DNA from: a virus
IMG/VR virus record: IMGVR_UViG_3300046779_000879
Location: 99,643-163,642 of that record
Reading direction: 5' to 3' (one strand)
Length of the DNA: 64,000 nucleotides
Part shown: in pieces, positions 47,553 to 58,494 of the stretch
How positions within the stretch are numbered: the first letter of the stretch is position 1
Layout of the letters: the number at the start of each line of letters is the position of its first letter
Notes under the pieces: generated by a model
Seen by the model: only the letters and a program-made list of their open reading frames with translations
Databases searched by the model: none
What the model was told of the DNA's origin: nothing
Translations under genes and position numbers: made by a program

Positions 47553-48515
47553 TTACTTACCAATAAATTGGATAGTCATTTGAGACAAATTTGGATGGTT
47601 GTAGTCGGAAGCTCTAACAGTTCTGTTAACTAATGTTCCAACACCATCACACATTGCATATAGTCTTAGGGTCTCGTATTTTTGTAGATATACTACACGA
47701 TTTGCATAAACTTCATTGTTTGCAAATGTTGTTGTAGTATTATCAATAGGAGATTGACTACCACCTAGCATGAAATAAACATCATTGTCAGCAAAAATAG
47801 AAAAATGTACTAAATACCAACCTTCAAAATTAGTAGTAAAGTATCCTCCAGAGAATGTTCCTAATCTATTATCAATTATTCTTGCGCTACTAAATGGAAC
47901 AGCGGTTGGAGTACCCTGTGGAATAAATGTATCAGATGTTTTTAGTAAATGAATTAACCCTTGCTGAGAAGAATTCATATTCTCAAAATCTAAGTTATTT
48001 CTAGACGCAGCCATGTGTTTAACACCAGCACGAGTAACACCATCGTAAATTGTTAGTGTAAAAAATGTTGGGTCAATATAAATATCGCCTTGTGAACCTT
48101 TATTAACTAAAGATAATTGAAACCAATCTTCAGTGGCATCTACTGGACTAGTGATCAAATCCCAATCTTCTGTTGTAACAACAGCAGCTGTTATTGACAA
48201 GAAATCATCTGACTCTAAAGTCTCAACACCCAATGTATTAATAGAAAAATTAGGGTTTTGTGCAGTAGACAATGTAACCCATGTAGATCCATTAGAATAA
48301 TAAATTAGTTGATTGTCTTGTACATATGCAACTCTACCTGTATTTCCAGCAGCTGCAGGAAGTGATGCATATGAAGAGTATGTAGTCATAACACCATTAT
48401 CTAATGACTCTAGTGCTTTTGCTAAATAAATCACTTCTTTACTATCACTATTAGAAGTGAGAGCGTTTAATTTAGCTTGAATAACTGTTTCTAGTGATGA
48501 AATGTTAACTGGCAT
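47553..48515 (-). CDS. Fibre protein with putative C1q-like C-terminal head
   Basis: Internal Mtd-N-like GDIYID...IYDGVTRAG; VPFS...GYFTTNFEGWYLVHFS resembles the C1q F-T-x3-G-x-Y pattern. Confidence 0.55.
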   Translation of the reverse strand: MPVNISSLETVIQAKLNALTSNSDSKEVIYLAKALESLDNGVMTTYSSYASLPAAAGNTGRVAYVQDNQLIYYSNGSTWVTLSTAQNPNFSINTLGVETLESDDFLSITAAVVTTEDWDLITSPVDATEDWFQLSLVNKGSQGDIYIDPTFFTLTIYDGVTRAGVKHMAASRNNLDFENMNSSQQGLIHLLKTSDTFIPQGTPTAVPFSSARIIDNRLGTFSGGYFTTNFEGWYLVHFSIFADNDVYFMLGGSQSPIDNTTTTFANNEVYANRVVYLQKYETLRLYAMCDGVGTLVNRTVRASDYNHPNLSQMTIQFIGK

Positions 48516-48540
48516 TTGATGTTCTTCCTTTTTATTTTAT

Positions 48541-48822
48541 TTATAAACTCATGATTGCTATAGTTAAGGCTTCGTCCAATGCTGGACCAGCAACGCTGTC
48601 CCATTTTGTACCATCATAGCCCATGAATAAATTCCCTACAAATGCAATCATACCTGTTTGTGGGGAAGTAATCGCTGCATCTCTGAGGGATGCGTTAGCA
48701 TAAAAGGGGACTTTTATGTAAGATGCGCCTGTATTCCCTGCGTTTTGTTCTACAGAGAGGCTTAGAAGTGTGCCGTTTTTATTATCGTCAACGACAGTGA
48801 CATTTTGAATTTTTAGTGCCAT
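48541..48822 (-). CDS. Small fibre-associated protein
   Basis: RDAAITSPQTGMIAF...GYDGTKW; late promoter at 48857-48864. Confidence 0.65.
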   Translation of the reverse strand: MALKIQNVTVVDDNKNGTLLSLSVEQNAGNTGASYIKVPFYANASLRDAAITSPQTGMIAFVGNLFMGYDGTKWDSVAGPALDEALTIAIMSL

Positions 48823-48865
48823 CTTCGCTCCCTTATGAACTCGGCTATTATAGAGTTATTTATAA

Positions 48866-49579
48866 CTATTTATTTTTCAATAGTTCAATTTCTTTATCTA
48901 GTTGTTTTACAGCATTTATTAAAAACGCAATTAAACCAAGATAATTAACTGATTTTTCGTCTTGTTCCTCTTGAACTAACTGTGGAATAACAAGTTCTAG
49001 TTCTTGAGCCATAACACCAAAAGAGTCCTTACCAGTTTTAATCCAAGTAAAGGATTTTCCTTCTAGTTTTCTAACTGTTTCTAATGCATTTTCAATCGGT
49101 GCGACACTATGTTTTAGTCGCATATCAGAAGAAGAGTTTAAGTTAGCTGCAGTAATATCACCACTAAAAACATTACTTGATGCATTTAAACGAGGAATAT
49201 TAGAACCAAGAGTGACTGAAACATCACCAACGATTCCATCTGCATTACCAATAATAACTTCGTTAGTGGCACCTGTTAAAGATCGAGTAGTAGCACTTCC
49301 AGTGCCTGTTCTAACTAAAATTCCGTTAGTCGTTAAACTAGAAATTGCAGCTAAATCAGAATCATAGGCTTGAACATCTGAACCTATTGCAACTCCCAGA
49401 TTTGATCTAGCAGTTGTTAGATTTGTTAAATCAGAAAGATTACTAGATCGCTCTAATTTGTTAGAACTTAAACTGATAAAGTTATTATCAATTTCTGTAT
49501 TATTTAATGGCGCATCTTTTCTTGTTACACCATCTACACCTGTTGTACCTGTTTGTCTTGTTGTAATTGCGGTTGGCAT
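48866..49579 (-). CDS. Tail fibre protein with C-terminal intramolecular chaperone (peptidase S74)
   Basis: SSDMRLK, GVMAQELE, VNYLGLIAFLINAVKQL. Confidence 0.85.
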   Translation of the reverse strand: MPTAITTRQTGTTGVDGVTRKDAPLNNTEIDNNFISLSSNKLERSSNLSDLTNLTTARSNLGVAIGSDVQAYDSDLAAISSLTTNGILVRTGTGSATTRSLTGATNEVIIGNADGIVGDVSVTLGSNIPRLNASSNVFSGDITAANLNSSSDMRLKHSVAPIENALETVRKLEGKSFTWIKTGKDSFGVMAQELELVIPQLVQEEQDEKSVNYLGLIAFLINAVKQLDKEIELLKNK

Positions 49580-49581
49580 TT

Positions 49582-50031
49582 TTATACCTTGATATTAAGG
49601 TTTTTTAGTTTATCTAAAATTTCATCTATATTAGAAACATTATCAACTATTTTAGTTAAATTTCGCAAACGATCTCTTTCTTTAGTAGCTGCTTTCAATG
49701 TGACTTGATCGTTAGTTATCATTGCATCTCGAATGACAATATCATTCGATTCATATAATTTAGTTCTGTAGTCACGAATTTTATTTTTAGCGACATTTTT
49801 TGCTTTTTCTAAATCTATTTTAACATTTGGTTGACCTGGACTATCAAAATCTGCTGTTAAAGCATCTCTAAAATGTTCTAAATGAACACTAGATGGAAGT
49901 TGTTCTGAATCAACAATTATTGATGGTAAGCCAACTGGAACTTGTTTTTTTAATTCTGAAATAGAAATATTATTTGCTCCAGACATGATAGCAACTAAAT
50001 TGTTTTCTTGCAAATATAAAATATGTTTCAT
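49582..50031 (-). CDS. Putative tail-fibre assembly chaperone
   Basis: KQVPVG...FRDA, IDLEKAK..IRDYR...RDRLRNLT; located between fibre genes. Confidence 0.6.
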   Translation of the reverse strand: MKHILYLQENNLVAIMSGANNISISELKKQVPVGLPSIIVDSEQLPSSVHLEHFRDALTADFDSPGQPNVKIDLEKAKNVAKNKIRDYRTKLYESNDIVIRDAMITNDQVTLKAATKERDRLRNLTKIVDNVSNIDEILDKLKNLNIKV

Positions 50032-50038
50032 ATATCCC

Positions 50039-51253
50039 TTAGTTAAACATTGCTATTCTTACAACACCATTATTAACACCAGCAGTCGTACCACCACCAA
50101 ATGCAGGTGCTAATGTAAATACAACTAATGACGTGGAACTGGCATTAACGAATGTACAGAATCTACCACCAGTAGTTCCACCACCACCACAAAGTCCAAA
50201 TGCGATGTAATTAGCTGTGCTAAAAGTTCCATTTGTTATATTAATAGTGTATTGTCCTAAACCATTCGATGTTACACTACTAACATTACTGCTACTTAAA
50301 ATAGTTGATGTAGATCCATCAAATATAACCCACGCTTTGGCCAAACCAACTACTGTATTAAACTTATTATCAGTATAAGTTTGTTGAGTTGTACCAACAG
50401 TATCTACTGCAGTTTTAACAAAAGCTGTTGTTGCAATTTGTGTAGTATTATTTCCTGCAGCTGCTGTTGGTGCGGTAGGTATTCCTGTTAATGCTGGATT
50501 GGAAGTTAAAGATATTGTTGGGTTACCAGTAGTAAAATCTGTATTTGTAATACTAATATTATCACCAGCAACTAGACTAGCAGTTAATGATGTACCAGAA
50601 CCAGTTTTAACAACAACACCATTATTTGTTAATGCAGATATTGAAGATAATATAGGAGCAAAACCCTGCACATCTGAACCAATATTTAAACCTAAGTTCA
50701 CCCTTGCTGATGTGTTATTATTAGCACCAGTTCCACCAGCAGAAACTGCTATAGGATTTATTCCTGTTATTGTTCCGCCTGTAATATTTACACTAGAAGA
50801 ATTTTGTGTAGATAAAGTTCCTAAACTAAGTAATGTTTTAATATCATTTACACTGGTCGCACCTGTACCACCATTTGCAACAGAAACAACACCACTAATA
50901 TTTGTAGCTGTTCCTGTCCAGGTTCCAGTGCCATTGCCAACTATATTTCCTGTAATGTTTCCTACAAAACTATTAGCTGTAACAGTCCCTGCAGAAAAAT
51001 TACCAGATGAATCTCTTAATACTACCGTATTAGGAGTATTAATAGAAGCAATATTTTTGTTTTGAATTCTATCCGCATCTAAACCAGAATTAAGTCCATC
51101 AACTGTTAATAGTTTCGCAAGGACATCGACAGGGGTATATGAAGTTATGTTTAACTTACTACCTAATTCTGAGTTTAGGTTGTTAATATTAGCATCGGCT
51201 TCTGCAATCGTTAGTGGACTACCTTTTACAGATCTTAAAACGATATCTGCCAT
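50039..51253 (-). CDS. Tail fibre protein
   Basis: KGSPLT.AEAD.N, SGLDAD, LTGIPTAPTA..GNNTTQIATTAFV, AKAWVIFDG...NVSSVT..G.GQYTIN tip domain. Confidence 0.8.
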   Translation of the reverse strand: MADIVLRSVKGSPLTIAEADANINNLNSELGSKLNITSYTPVDVLAKLLTVDGLNSGLDADRIQNKNIASINTPNTVVLRDSSGNFSAGTVTANSFVGNITGNIVGNGTGTWTGTATNISGVVSVANGGTGATSVNDIKTLLSLGTLSTQNSSSVNITGGTITGINPIAVSAGGTGANNNTSARVNLGLNIGSDVQGFAPILSSISALTNNGVVVKTGSGTSLTASLVAGDNISITNTDFTTGNPTISLTSNPALTGIPTAPTAAAGNNTTQIATTAFVKTAVDTVGTTQQTYTDNKFNTVVGLAKAWVIFDGSTSTILSSSNVSSVTSNGLGQYTINITNGTFSTANYIAFGLCGGGGTTGGRFCTFVNASSTSLVVFTLAPAFGGGTTAGVNNGVVRIAMFN

Positions 51254-51504
51254 TATTTACCCTTTTGTGTTAATGAGAACAACATTTGTTTTATCTCTCT
51301 AATGTCTTGTTTTAAAAAATCTAGTTCAGTTTGTAATGAATTTACTGTTAGTTTAGTTGTAGATATCTCTTCAATATTTTTTAAAGCAATAGTTTTTGAT
51401 AGTTTGTGTTGTTCATATGCTTTTTTATCAACATTAATAACACCACCATTCTGAAGGTCTTTTGCAAGACCTCCATATCCGTCAACTTTAGCTATTTCAA
51501 CCAT
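51253..51504 (-). CDS. Small coiled-coil protein
   Basis: KVDGYGGLAKD...GVIN...LKQDIREIKQML; follows the DUF4815 gene. Confidence 0.75.
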   Translation of the reverse strand: MVEIAKVDGYGGLAKDLQNGGVINVDKKAYEQHKLSKTIALKNIEEISTTKLTVNSLQTELDFLKQDIREIKQMLFSLTQKGK

Positions 51505-54500
51505 TATGAGTGAGCAATCATTCTTAAATTTTTAATTTGTGGAACTTTTGATGGTTCCGTAGAACGCATAACTATTTTAAGAGATACATTGGTAAATTCT
51601 GTTAAACCAGATAAATCAATAGTTCTTTCACTAAAGTTTTCTTCTGTATTAATATCAGTATTACCCCATCCAGTATCTTGCCATGGTAAATATCTTAGAT
51701 CAGTATCACCACTCCAGGTTCTATAATAAACATTAACTGATGTTCTTGCAACGATACAAGCATCAAATATAATTTTTAATGAATCGGCAGCAGTTGTTAA
51801 TGAAAGAGTTCTAGTGATATAGTTTGCTAAGTTTGTAGAACCAATCGGAGCAAAGTCTTCAACATATTTATCTTTCATAACGATAGTGAAATCACTATCT
51901 GTTATCATATCAATACTTGCTGATCCAGTGAAAGCAGGAGAAACAATAACATTAATTTTATCTAACTCGCTATTTCCTGCAAATGTATCGGTATTGGTTT
52001 GATTAATAATGTCTTTAATAACATATGTACCATTAACATTTGCATGTGCGTTCGAAATCGTAATATACTTACCAATAACTCCGTTTGCCAATAAATTATC
52101 TGCAGTATCAATATTAGTACTAATAACTCCAAATGAACCGCTGTTGGTAAATGATAGAGTAGGTGCTGACATAATGTTGTAAGAGGCAGCACTAGAGATA
52201 GTTATGGAAGCATTACCAGTTAATGTTATACTTGTATTACTATTAACAGTAGCCACTGTTCCAATAGTAGCACCATCACTTACTCGTTTTAATATATTAC
52301 CAGCTTTCACTTGAGTTAAGAACTGAGTACTTGTTCCAGTTATTGCAGTAGAAGAAGTAGAACTAGTTAAAGAACCAGTTCCAGTAACAGTAACATCTCC
52401 ATCAACTATACTTCCAAAACCAAGTAAAGTTCTATCATCAATACCAGTTACGTTAATGTTTGTTTGATTATCATTAGAAATCATGTTGGCGATCGCATAA
52501 GCAGTAATTTTTTGCAGATCAATAACTGGAGATACGTTAGGATTCTCTGAAGAAATATTTGCTCTAAAACGTAAAGAAGATTTCTTCAGTAGAGGGCTGG
52601 ATGTTATAATTGTTTGATTTTCGTAAGATTTAAGATGTTTTCTAGAATTAAATGCATAATTTGAATTTGCAACAATTGGAGTGTAACCTGTATATGTTCC
52701 ACTTGCATCTTGAGCATCAACTGCATATGATAAAGAAGTGTCTTGGAAAGACAAATCTGATGTTTTTAAGTAAACTGCATCTGCAAATAGTCCACGAGTA
52801 CATCTAATAGTTGAACCACCATATTCACCCTTGATAAAATCAGCAGTGGTACCAATTAATAAATTATTGCTGTTTGCATCCTGTGTAGGAATTTCAATAA
52901 TAAACGAATCTTTTTCTAACCCTGTAGAAATAATAGTATGAGAAGCATTAATTAGTGAAGACGGAATACCAGTAGAAGAAGTTGCAGTACCGTAGTTACC
53001 AGAAGGTAATCCAGATAAAATAACTGTATCACCAGAAATAAATCCATGGTTTGGTGCAAAAACACGAACCTTATTAGTGTTTGGTGTTATTTCTAATGGA
53101 TTTAATGGTAATGCATATGTTGCTGGAGGGACAGCCTTTAAAGGCACTTGAACAATAGTATTTGTAGTAAATACAGCTTTTCTTAAATTAAATTTAAGAT
53201 CAAACAATGGATTAATCTCAAACTCTTGACTGTTCTGTGACATGTAAAGAGAACCAGTTAGTGGTTGACGAGAAATAACATTGTTTGTTGCCAAATCTGT
53301 TTGACCCAGTTCAGATATAAATGCTTGACATCCTGGCTCATCAGTTTTTAATACAAGAGCATATGTTTCGCCATCTTGCAAATAAACAGGTGCTTGGAAA
53401 TCAAATCTAGTAGGTACTGTTCCCGTTTCTGAAACTTTAATTTCTGAAGAATCTTTTACTACGCTTGATAGTGGTATAATTTTAGTTGACGGAACACCAT
53501 TGCTAGTAGTTCTTAGTTCAATAATAACTGGTCTTTTGCCAGCTTCTGAGAAGAACAAATCTACAGAAGTAACAAAAGCACCGCCAGCAGAAACAACGCT
53601 AAATGTTTGTGCTAGAGGATCATGTCCACCGCCACCATCATTAACTGGTGTTGGTGTATTATCAATAGTGTATATCAATCGATTTGATACAGAAGTGCGA
53701 CGAACTGGAAGTGTTTCATATAAACGATCTTGTACAAATTGCGCTTGACGGCTGCTAACAATAGTTCGTTCTTTACTTAATGTAATACCTTGTGAGTAGT
53801 ATGTAGCAGTTCCATGAGAGTCAAAAGAAGCATCAGTATTACTGATATTATCAATTAGCTTAAATGCTCTTTCGCCAGTTCGGAAACTAATTTCGTCATT
53901 ATTAGGTATGTAGAATACAGCAACAGCGTCGCCGACTTCGTTAGTTCTAATATTTGAACCAAGAACAGATACTGTTGGTGCTGCAGTGGTACTAGTGCTA
54001 CCATTATATGCAGCAATAGTAACTGCATTTTTGTTAGAAGAAGTTCCAATATTAGTAGAACCAAGTAATTCTTCTCCAACAGCAAAACCATTTCTAATAT
54101 TTACCAAATTGATATCTATATCAGTTGGATTTCCAGTAGAATCTATTGAGTATACAACACCATTGCAAGGAACTACTGCAGATGCTTGCAAGCGAAGTAG
54201 TTTACCACGATTACTACCAGAGTAACTTGCTGTGCTATAAGCATCGAACGCAGAGATGTTAGATCCATTAATATTACCTAAAGTAATAGTAGTTCCAGAA
54301 ACAGCAGTAACTTTAAACTTACGAAGGTTTAATTGTTTTGATGTAGAAGTAGTAGATGTGATCCCTACACTAGCTGGAACATTTAAATTATCATACAAAC
54401 TGTTAACATCAATTGCGTTGTGATAATCTAAATTGTAAAGATAAACATGATGTCCTGGTCGAATACCAGAAGCACTTGCAACAGTTAATTGGAATGTTGC

Positions 54501-57500
54501 TGCAGCAGAAGTTAAATGAGTGATTGCTGTAATATTTGTAGCAGTATGCGTAGAGTTCTTTAGAACATCACCAACAGTAAATGCTGGCTCAATTTGTCCG
54601 TTATATGCACGTGCTGGATCATCATACAAAATATTATTCTGCAATGTATTAATATTAAATGAGGTGATTGAAGAACCAGTTGTTCTAGTTACACGCACGA
54701 CATCGGCAGGAGTAACATACTCATCAACATATGTAGCATCAAAGAATGGATAAAAAATTGTATCAGGTTTTAAGTTCTGACCAATAACAACCACAGGTCG
54801 TGCACGCATTAATGGTGTAAACGAAACGTCTACAACTCTATCACCGTAATCAACAGAATTTACAGTGCTCGTTAATGATGTTTGAATACCTGTACGAGAT
54901 CGAAGACCAGTATCAGTAGTAATAGTTTGTTGAAACCCTTGTGTTACCCAACCGCTAGTAGTTTCAAATGTTGTGCTGGTTGAAGATGAACCAGTCCAGT
55001 TTGTTTGCCATTCATTCCACTGAGCACCAGTAACACCAAGTCTTTCAGCCATAAAACGGATAGCATCAAAGTTATTGTCATCAACAACATTAAGATTTGG
55101 GCGACGATCAGTGTCTTTCCAGTTATCACCTTCAGGAATTAAGTAAACTTGTCCACGGAATGCACCAATTTTATATGGATTAACGTCAACAGTTCTAGAA
55201 CCATTTGGATTAAATACAAATAAAGTTTCAGTATATGGAAGTGTAATTAAGTCATTAGTCTTTTTATATGGAGCAGATGAACGAGCAGCACCAGAAGGTA
55301 ACTCTTCAACAACGTCAACTGCTGATGTAAAATGCATTGGTCGCAATACTCTTGCGCCAGAGTCTACAGCAACTTTATAGTCTGGATGGCGAACATCTCC
55401 GATACCATGCCCAGTAAATTGGTCAACTATAAATCCATTTTTAAAACGATCTAAACCAGTAATAGCATCTTTAATTTGTAATGTCTCAGTATCTTTTTCT
55501 AAAAGATTTAGAGTTACATAATATTCAAGATTTGAAACACGACGATCGATCTTACCAATATCTTTCATGGTATAGCGACGATTGTCACGTTGATAGATTT
55601 TAATCTGATCTAATGTTTTTGTATATGGTGGTACAAAAACTGTTGCTAGAACCATTCCTTCTTTTGGATCTTCTGGTTCTTTTGGAATTTTTGCAGGAAC
55701 ACCTTTGATCACATTAAAGCGACCAATAGAATCTAAAACTACTTTATCTCTACGACCAACATAATAAGCAATTGGGGCATTTGCATCAACACCACGAACT
55801 GGTAATTCTGGATAGAATGTATTAGTTCCAGCTAATACTGGACGAAAATCTAGCACGCATGATAAACAAATTTCAGTCTTTTTACCAGTGTTTTCATCAG
55901 TTACGAAATAATTAGGAATCGCTTCATATTCTAGAGGATAGTATGAATCTACAGAAAAATAGTTGCCACTACCTGATGCTTGAAAATAATCATAAACAAC
56001 TTTAATTGCTCCAGAAGGAACTTGGTATCCAGGTTTTAATATTAATTTAGCATTAGTGTAATAAGTTGGACGTTGACCATCATCTAAAGTAAATCTATCA
56101 GTAATATCAACTTGGTTAGTTGAACTAAATGTAGTATAATTACCTGGATTCATATACACATTTTTAATTCTTAGGACATCAGCTTTTGCTAATTCAATAA
56201 TACTTCCAGTTAAGTTTCTGGAACCAGTGATAATATCAAGAGCATAGTCTTCGATTAAAGTTTTAGTTTTCTCTTGAGCAGCATTTTGAATTTGTAATAC
56301 AGAAGCAATTAATGTGTATGCTCTTGTATTGGCCAAGCCAGAAATACTAACAATTTTTCTATCAGTATTATTATCAAATGTTATATTAGATTCGTTGATA
56401 TTTACTGGAAGATTTGTAGTTTCATCGATTAGTAGATAGTTACTTAAAATAGAATCAGATAAAAAGAACTCTTTTAAGTTAGTTAATTCAGCACTATAAA
56501 CCCCAGAAGCGTTGGAAGAAAGACCAGAAAATGTTCTTTTAACAGTAACTTGAGAACTCTTAAGAGTATCTGCTGTTCCATCGAAACCTTTAAGGGTTTT
56601 TGTAAATTGGAAACCAGTTTTAAAAATTAAAGAATCATGTTCAGGTTCTTGAATTTGTGCACGGAAAACAGAAACTTGCCCACCAGCAACTGTTAGTGCA
56701 GCATTTGCAGCTAGTGTTAGTGATAAGTTGTTAGACACAGAAAGCACTCTACCAACTAAAGTATTATTAACAAAAAGAACATCTCCTGCGCTAATACTTT
56801 GTTGGAAGTTTGTTCCAACTCCAGTAACAGCGTCACTAGAAGATGATGTGGTGGCAGAACCAGAAAGTGGTAGTAATGTAGGAACTATATCACAACTAAA
56901 ATTATTAGAAGTTGCACGACCTACTATTTGTTTAACATCTTTCTCAAAAGAGTAACCACTGTTAAGATTAATGTCAAATAATCCTAACTTATATTGAGTA
57001 GAAGTTCCACCAGAGTAGTCTGATGAGTGTAAAACGATATACTTAATTCTAGCGGAACCGATAACATCAGCAGCAGTTGGTGCTGCTCCTGGAGTTGTAT
57101 TTAATTTATTAACTAAAAATACTTGATCGAAGTTAGAAAGATTTGGATATTTGTATACGTTTTTAACAAGAACGTAGTTACCCATTGATAGACCAATAGG
57201 CTGGTCATCGAGACGAAGAATATGCCCACCTTCATCACCAGTAATAGAATTTTCTCTTGCTTTATCTAAAGGAATAAATTGTGTATCAATTGATTCAACT
57301 TCATATCCTTGAATGTATGCTTTTCCAGGTTCAATTGCTAAAACAAATTTATCTATATCACCATATATGTTACGTGCAGCTGCACCACTATTGTTTTCTG
57401 GGTATACTCCACCATTAGATCCATTGTCTAAGTGTTCACGAGTACCTAGTTTAAATTTGTTAACTTCATAATTACCAGATTCATCATACGTGCGACGTGC

Positions 57501-58457
57501 TAAAGTTTTTTCTAATTCATTATATGAAGCCTTTGCAATAACATGTTGGACTCTACCATTTACAACACGAAGTAGTTCAACGAAACGAATTGAATCTGTA
57601 GATTGTAAAGGTAGTTTTACTAACTCAACTGAAATTTTATAACGACTTGCTCCTGGAGCTGCGAAGTTAAATGAGTTTTGAGCATTGTCTAATAAAGACT
57701 CATCATCTTGAGGGGTGACAATTTCTTCAATAACTTTAAAACCAACACGTGCTGTTGGAAATCTAGTAAAACGACCAACATATAAATGAACTTCTGGATT
57801 TCTAACAAAGTATCCGTCAATATAGTAAATACCTGCTTTAACATCTATCTGGAAAGCAAGACCTAAAACGTCAGATGATGCATTATCAGTATAAGTTGTT
57901 GCTGTTTGCCCTGTGTCACCTAAGCTACGAATAGTTACAAAAATATCACCAGTTTGATCTACTGTTAATTTTGGATTATTAGCAACAGTATTATCAGCTT
58001 CAAGAGCGACGAGGTCTTCTCCTGGAATGAACCTATTAGTTATACCATTTGTTGCAGTACCAATAACTTTACAGTATAGGGTAGCAATATCAAGAGATTC
58101 TGTGACGCATCCGCAAGCAGAGGTATCAATTACTTGGAATTTAACTCCACTTGTAACACCAGTAATAATTTTATCTCTAAAAGTAGTTAGATATGTTAGA
58201 ACATTTTGATTATTGTATGTAGATTCTAACTTTACGAAATGTACGAAGGGATCATAGTTAACAGAACCTGGAACTACTTGAGAGCCATTTTTAAAAACAT
58301 GGTCTCCAAATCGAGAAACTTGATTCTGCAAAATGGTCTGCATCTGTGTAAGTTCTCTAGCTTGCACAGCATAACCTGGACGGAACAAAATTCTATAAAA
58401 GTCTTTTGCTGCGTCGTAATCATCATAGTACGGTTCGGTATTAAAATTGATTGTCAT
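51504..58457 (-). CDS. Giant virion structural protein (DUF4815/VrlC-like)
   Basis: PYYDDY..KDFYRILFRPGYAVQARELTQ, RRYTMKDIG, DRFKNGFIVD, DPLAQTF; late promoter at 58487-58494. Confidence 0.88.
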   Translation of the reverse strand: MTINFNTEPYYDDYDAAKDFYRILFRPGYAVQARELTQMQTILQNQVSRFGDHVFKNGSQVVPGSVNYDPFVHFVKLESTYNNQNVLTYLTTFRDKIITGVTSGVKFQVIDTSACGCVTESLDIATLYCKVIGTATNGITNRFIPGEDLVALEADNTVANNPKLTVDQTGDIFVTIRSLGDTGQTATTYTDNASSDVLGLAFQIDVKAGIYYIDGYFVRNPEVHLYVGRFTRFPTARVGFKVIEEIVTPQDDESLLDNAQNSFNFAAPGASRYKISVELVKLPLQSTDSIRFVELLRVVNGRVQHVIAKASYNELEKTLARRTYDESGNYEVNKFKLGTREHLDNGSNGGVYPENNSGAAARNIYGDIDKFVLAIEPGKAYIQGYEVESIDTQFIPLDKARENSITGDEGGHILRLDDQPIGLSMGNYVLVKNVYKYPNLSNFDQVFLVNKLNTTPGAAPTAADVIGSARIKYIVLHSSDYSGGTSTQYKLGLFDINLNSGYSFEKDVKQIVGRATSNNFSCDIVPTLLPLSGSATTSSSSDAVTGVGTNFQQSISAGDVLFVNNTLVGRVLSVSNNLSLTLAANAALTVAGGQVSVFRAQIQEPEHDSLIFKTGFQFTKTLKGFDGTADTLKSSQVTVKRTFSGLSSNASGVYSAELTNLKEFFLSDSILSNYLLIDETTNLPVNINESNITFDNNTDRKIVSISGLANTRAYTLIASVLQIQNAAQEKTKTLIEDYALDIITGSRNLTGSIIELAKADVLRIKNVYMNPGNYTTFSSTNQVDITDRFTLDDGQRPTYYTNAKLILKPGYQVPSGAIKVVYDYFQASGSGNYFSVDSYYPLEYEAIPNYFVTDENTGKKTEICLSCVLDFRPVLAGTNTFYPELPVRGVDANAPIAYYVGRRDKVVLDSIGRFNVIKGVPAKIPKEPEDPKEGMVLATVFVPPYTKTLDQIKIYQRDNRRYTMKDIGKIDRRVSNLEYYVTLNLLEKDTETLQIKDAITGLDRFKNGFIVDQFTGHGIGDVRHPDYKVAVDSGARVLRPMHFTSAVDVVEELPSGAARSSAPYKKTNDLITLPYTETLFVFNPNGSRTVDVNPYKIGAFRGQVYLIPEGDNWKDTDRRPNLNVVDDNNFDAIRFMAERLGVTGAQWNEWQTNWTGSSSTSTTFETTSGWVTQGFQQTITTDTGLRSRTGIQTSLTSTVNSVDYGDRVVDVSFTPLMRARPVVVIGQNLKPDTIFYPFFDATYVDEYVTPADVVRVTRTTGSSITSFNINTLQNNILYDDPARAYNGQIEPAFTVGDVLKNSTHTATNITAITHLTSAAATFQLTVASASGIRPGHHVYLYNLDYHNAIDVNSLYDNLNVPASVGITSTTSTSKQLNLRKFKVTAVSGTTITLGNINGSNISAFDAYSTASYSGSNRGKLLRLQASAVVPCNGVVYSIDSTGNPTDIDINLVNIRNGFAVGEELLGSTNIGTSSNKNAVTIAAYNGSTSTTAAPTVSVLGSNIRTNEVGDAVAVFYIPNNDEISFRTGERAFKLIDNISNTDASFDSHGTATYYSQGITLSKERTIVSSRQAQFVQDRLYETLPVRRTSVSNRLIYTIDNTPTPVNDGGGGHDPLAQTFSVVSAGGAFVTSVDLFFSEAGKRPVIIELRTTSNGVPSTKIIPLSSVVKDSSEIKVSETGTVPTRFDFQAPVYLQDGETYALVLKTDEPGCQAFISELGQTDLATNNVISRQPLTGSLYMSQNSQEFEINPLFDLKFNLRKAVFTTNTIVQVPLKAVPPATYALPLNPLEITPNTNKVRVFAPNHGFISGDTVILSGLPSGNYGTATSSTGIPSSLINASHTIISTGLEKDSFIIEIPTQDANSNNLLIGTTADFIKGEYGGSTIRCTRGLFADAVYLKTSDLSFQDTSLSYAVDAQDASGTYTGYTPIVANSNYAFNSRKHLKSYENQTIITSSPLLKKSSLRFRANISSENPNVSPVIDLQKITAYAIANMISNDNQTNINVTGIDDRTLLGFGSIVDGDVTVTGTGSLTSSTSSTAITGTSTQFLTQVKAGNILKRVSDGATIGTVATVNSNTSITLTGNASITISSAASYNIMSAPTLSFTNSGSFGVISTNIDTADNLLANGVIGKYITISNAHANVNGTYVIKDIINQTNTDTFAGNSELDKINVIVSPAFTGSASIDMITDSDFTIVMKDKYVEDFAPIGSTNLANYITRTLSLTTAADSLKIIFDACIVARTSVNVYYRTWSGDTDLRYLPWQDTGWGNTDINTEENFSERTIDLSGLTEFTNVSLKIVMRSTEPSKVPQIKNLRMIAHS

Positions 58458-58494
58458 TATAATTTTCTTATTGTTAGTGGCTGTTCTATTTAGG

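Noticed and set aside
36295-51253. Diversity-generating retroelement suggested by Mtd-N domains
   Set aside because: No reverse transcriptase, no C-type-lectin variable region and no non-coding template repeat with adenine-specific mismatches seen in this window.
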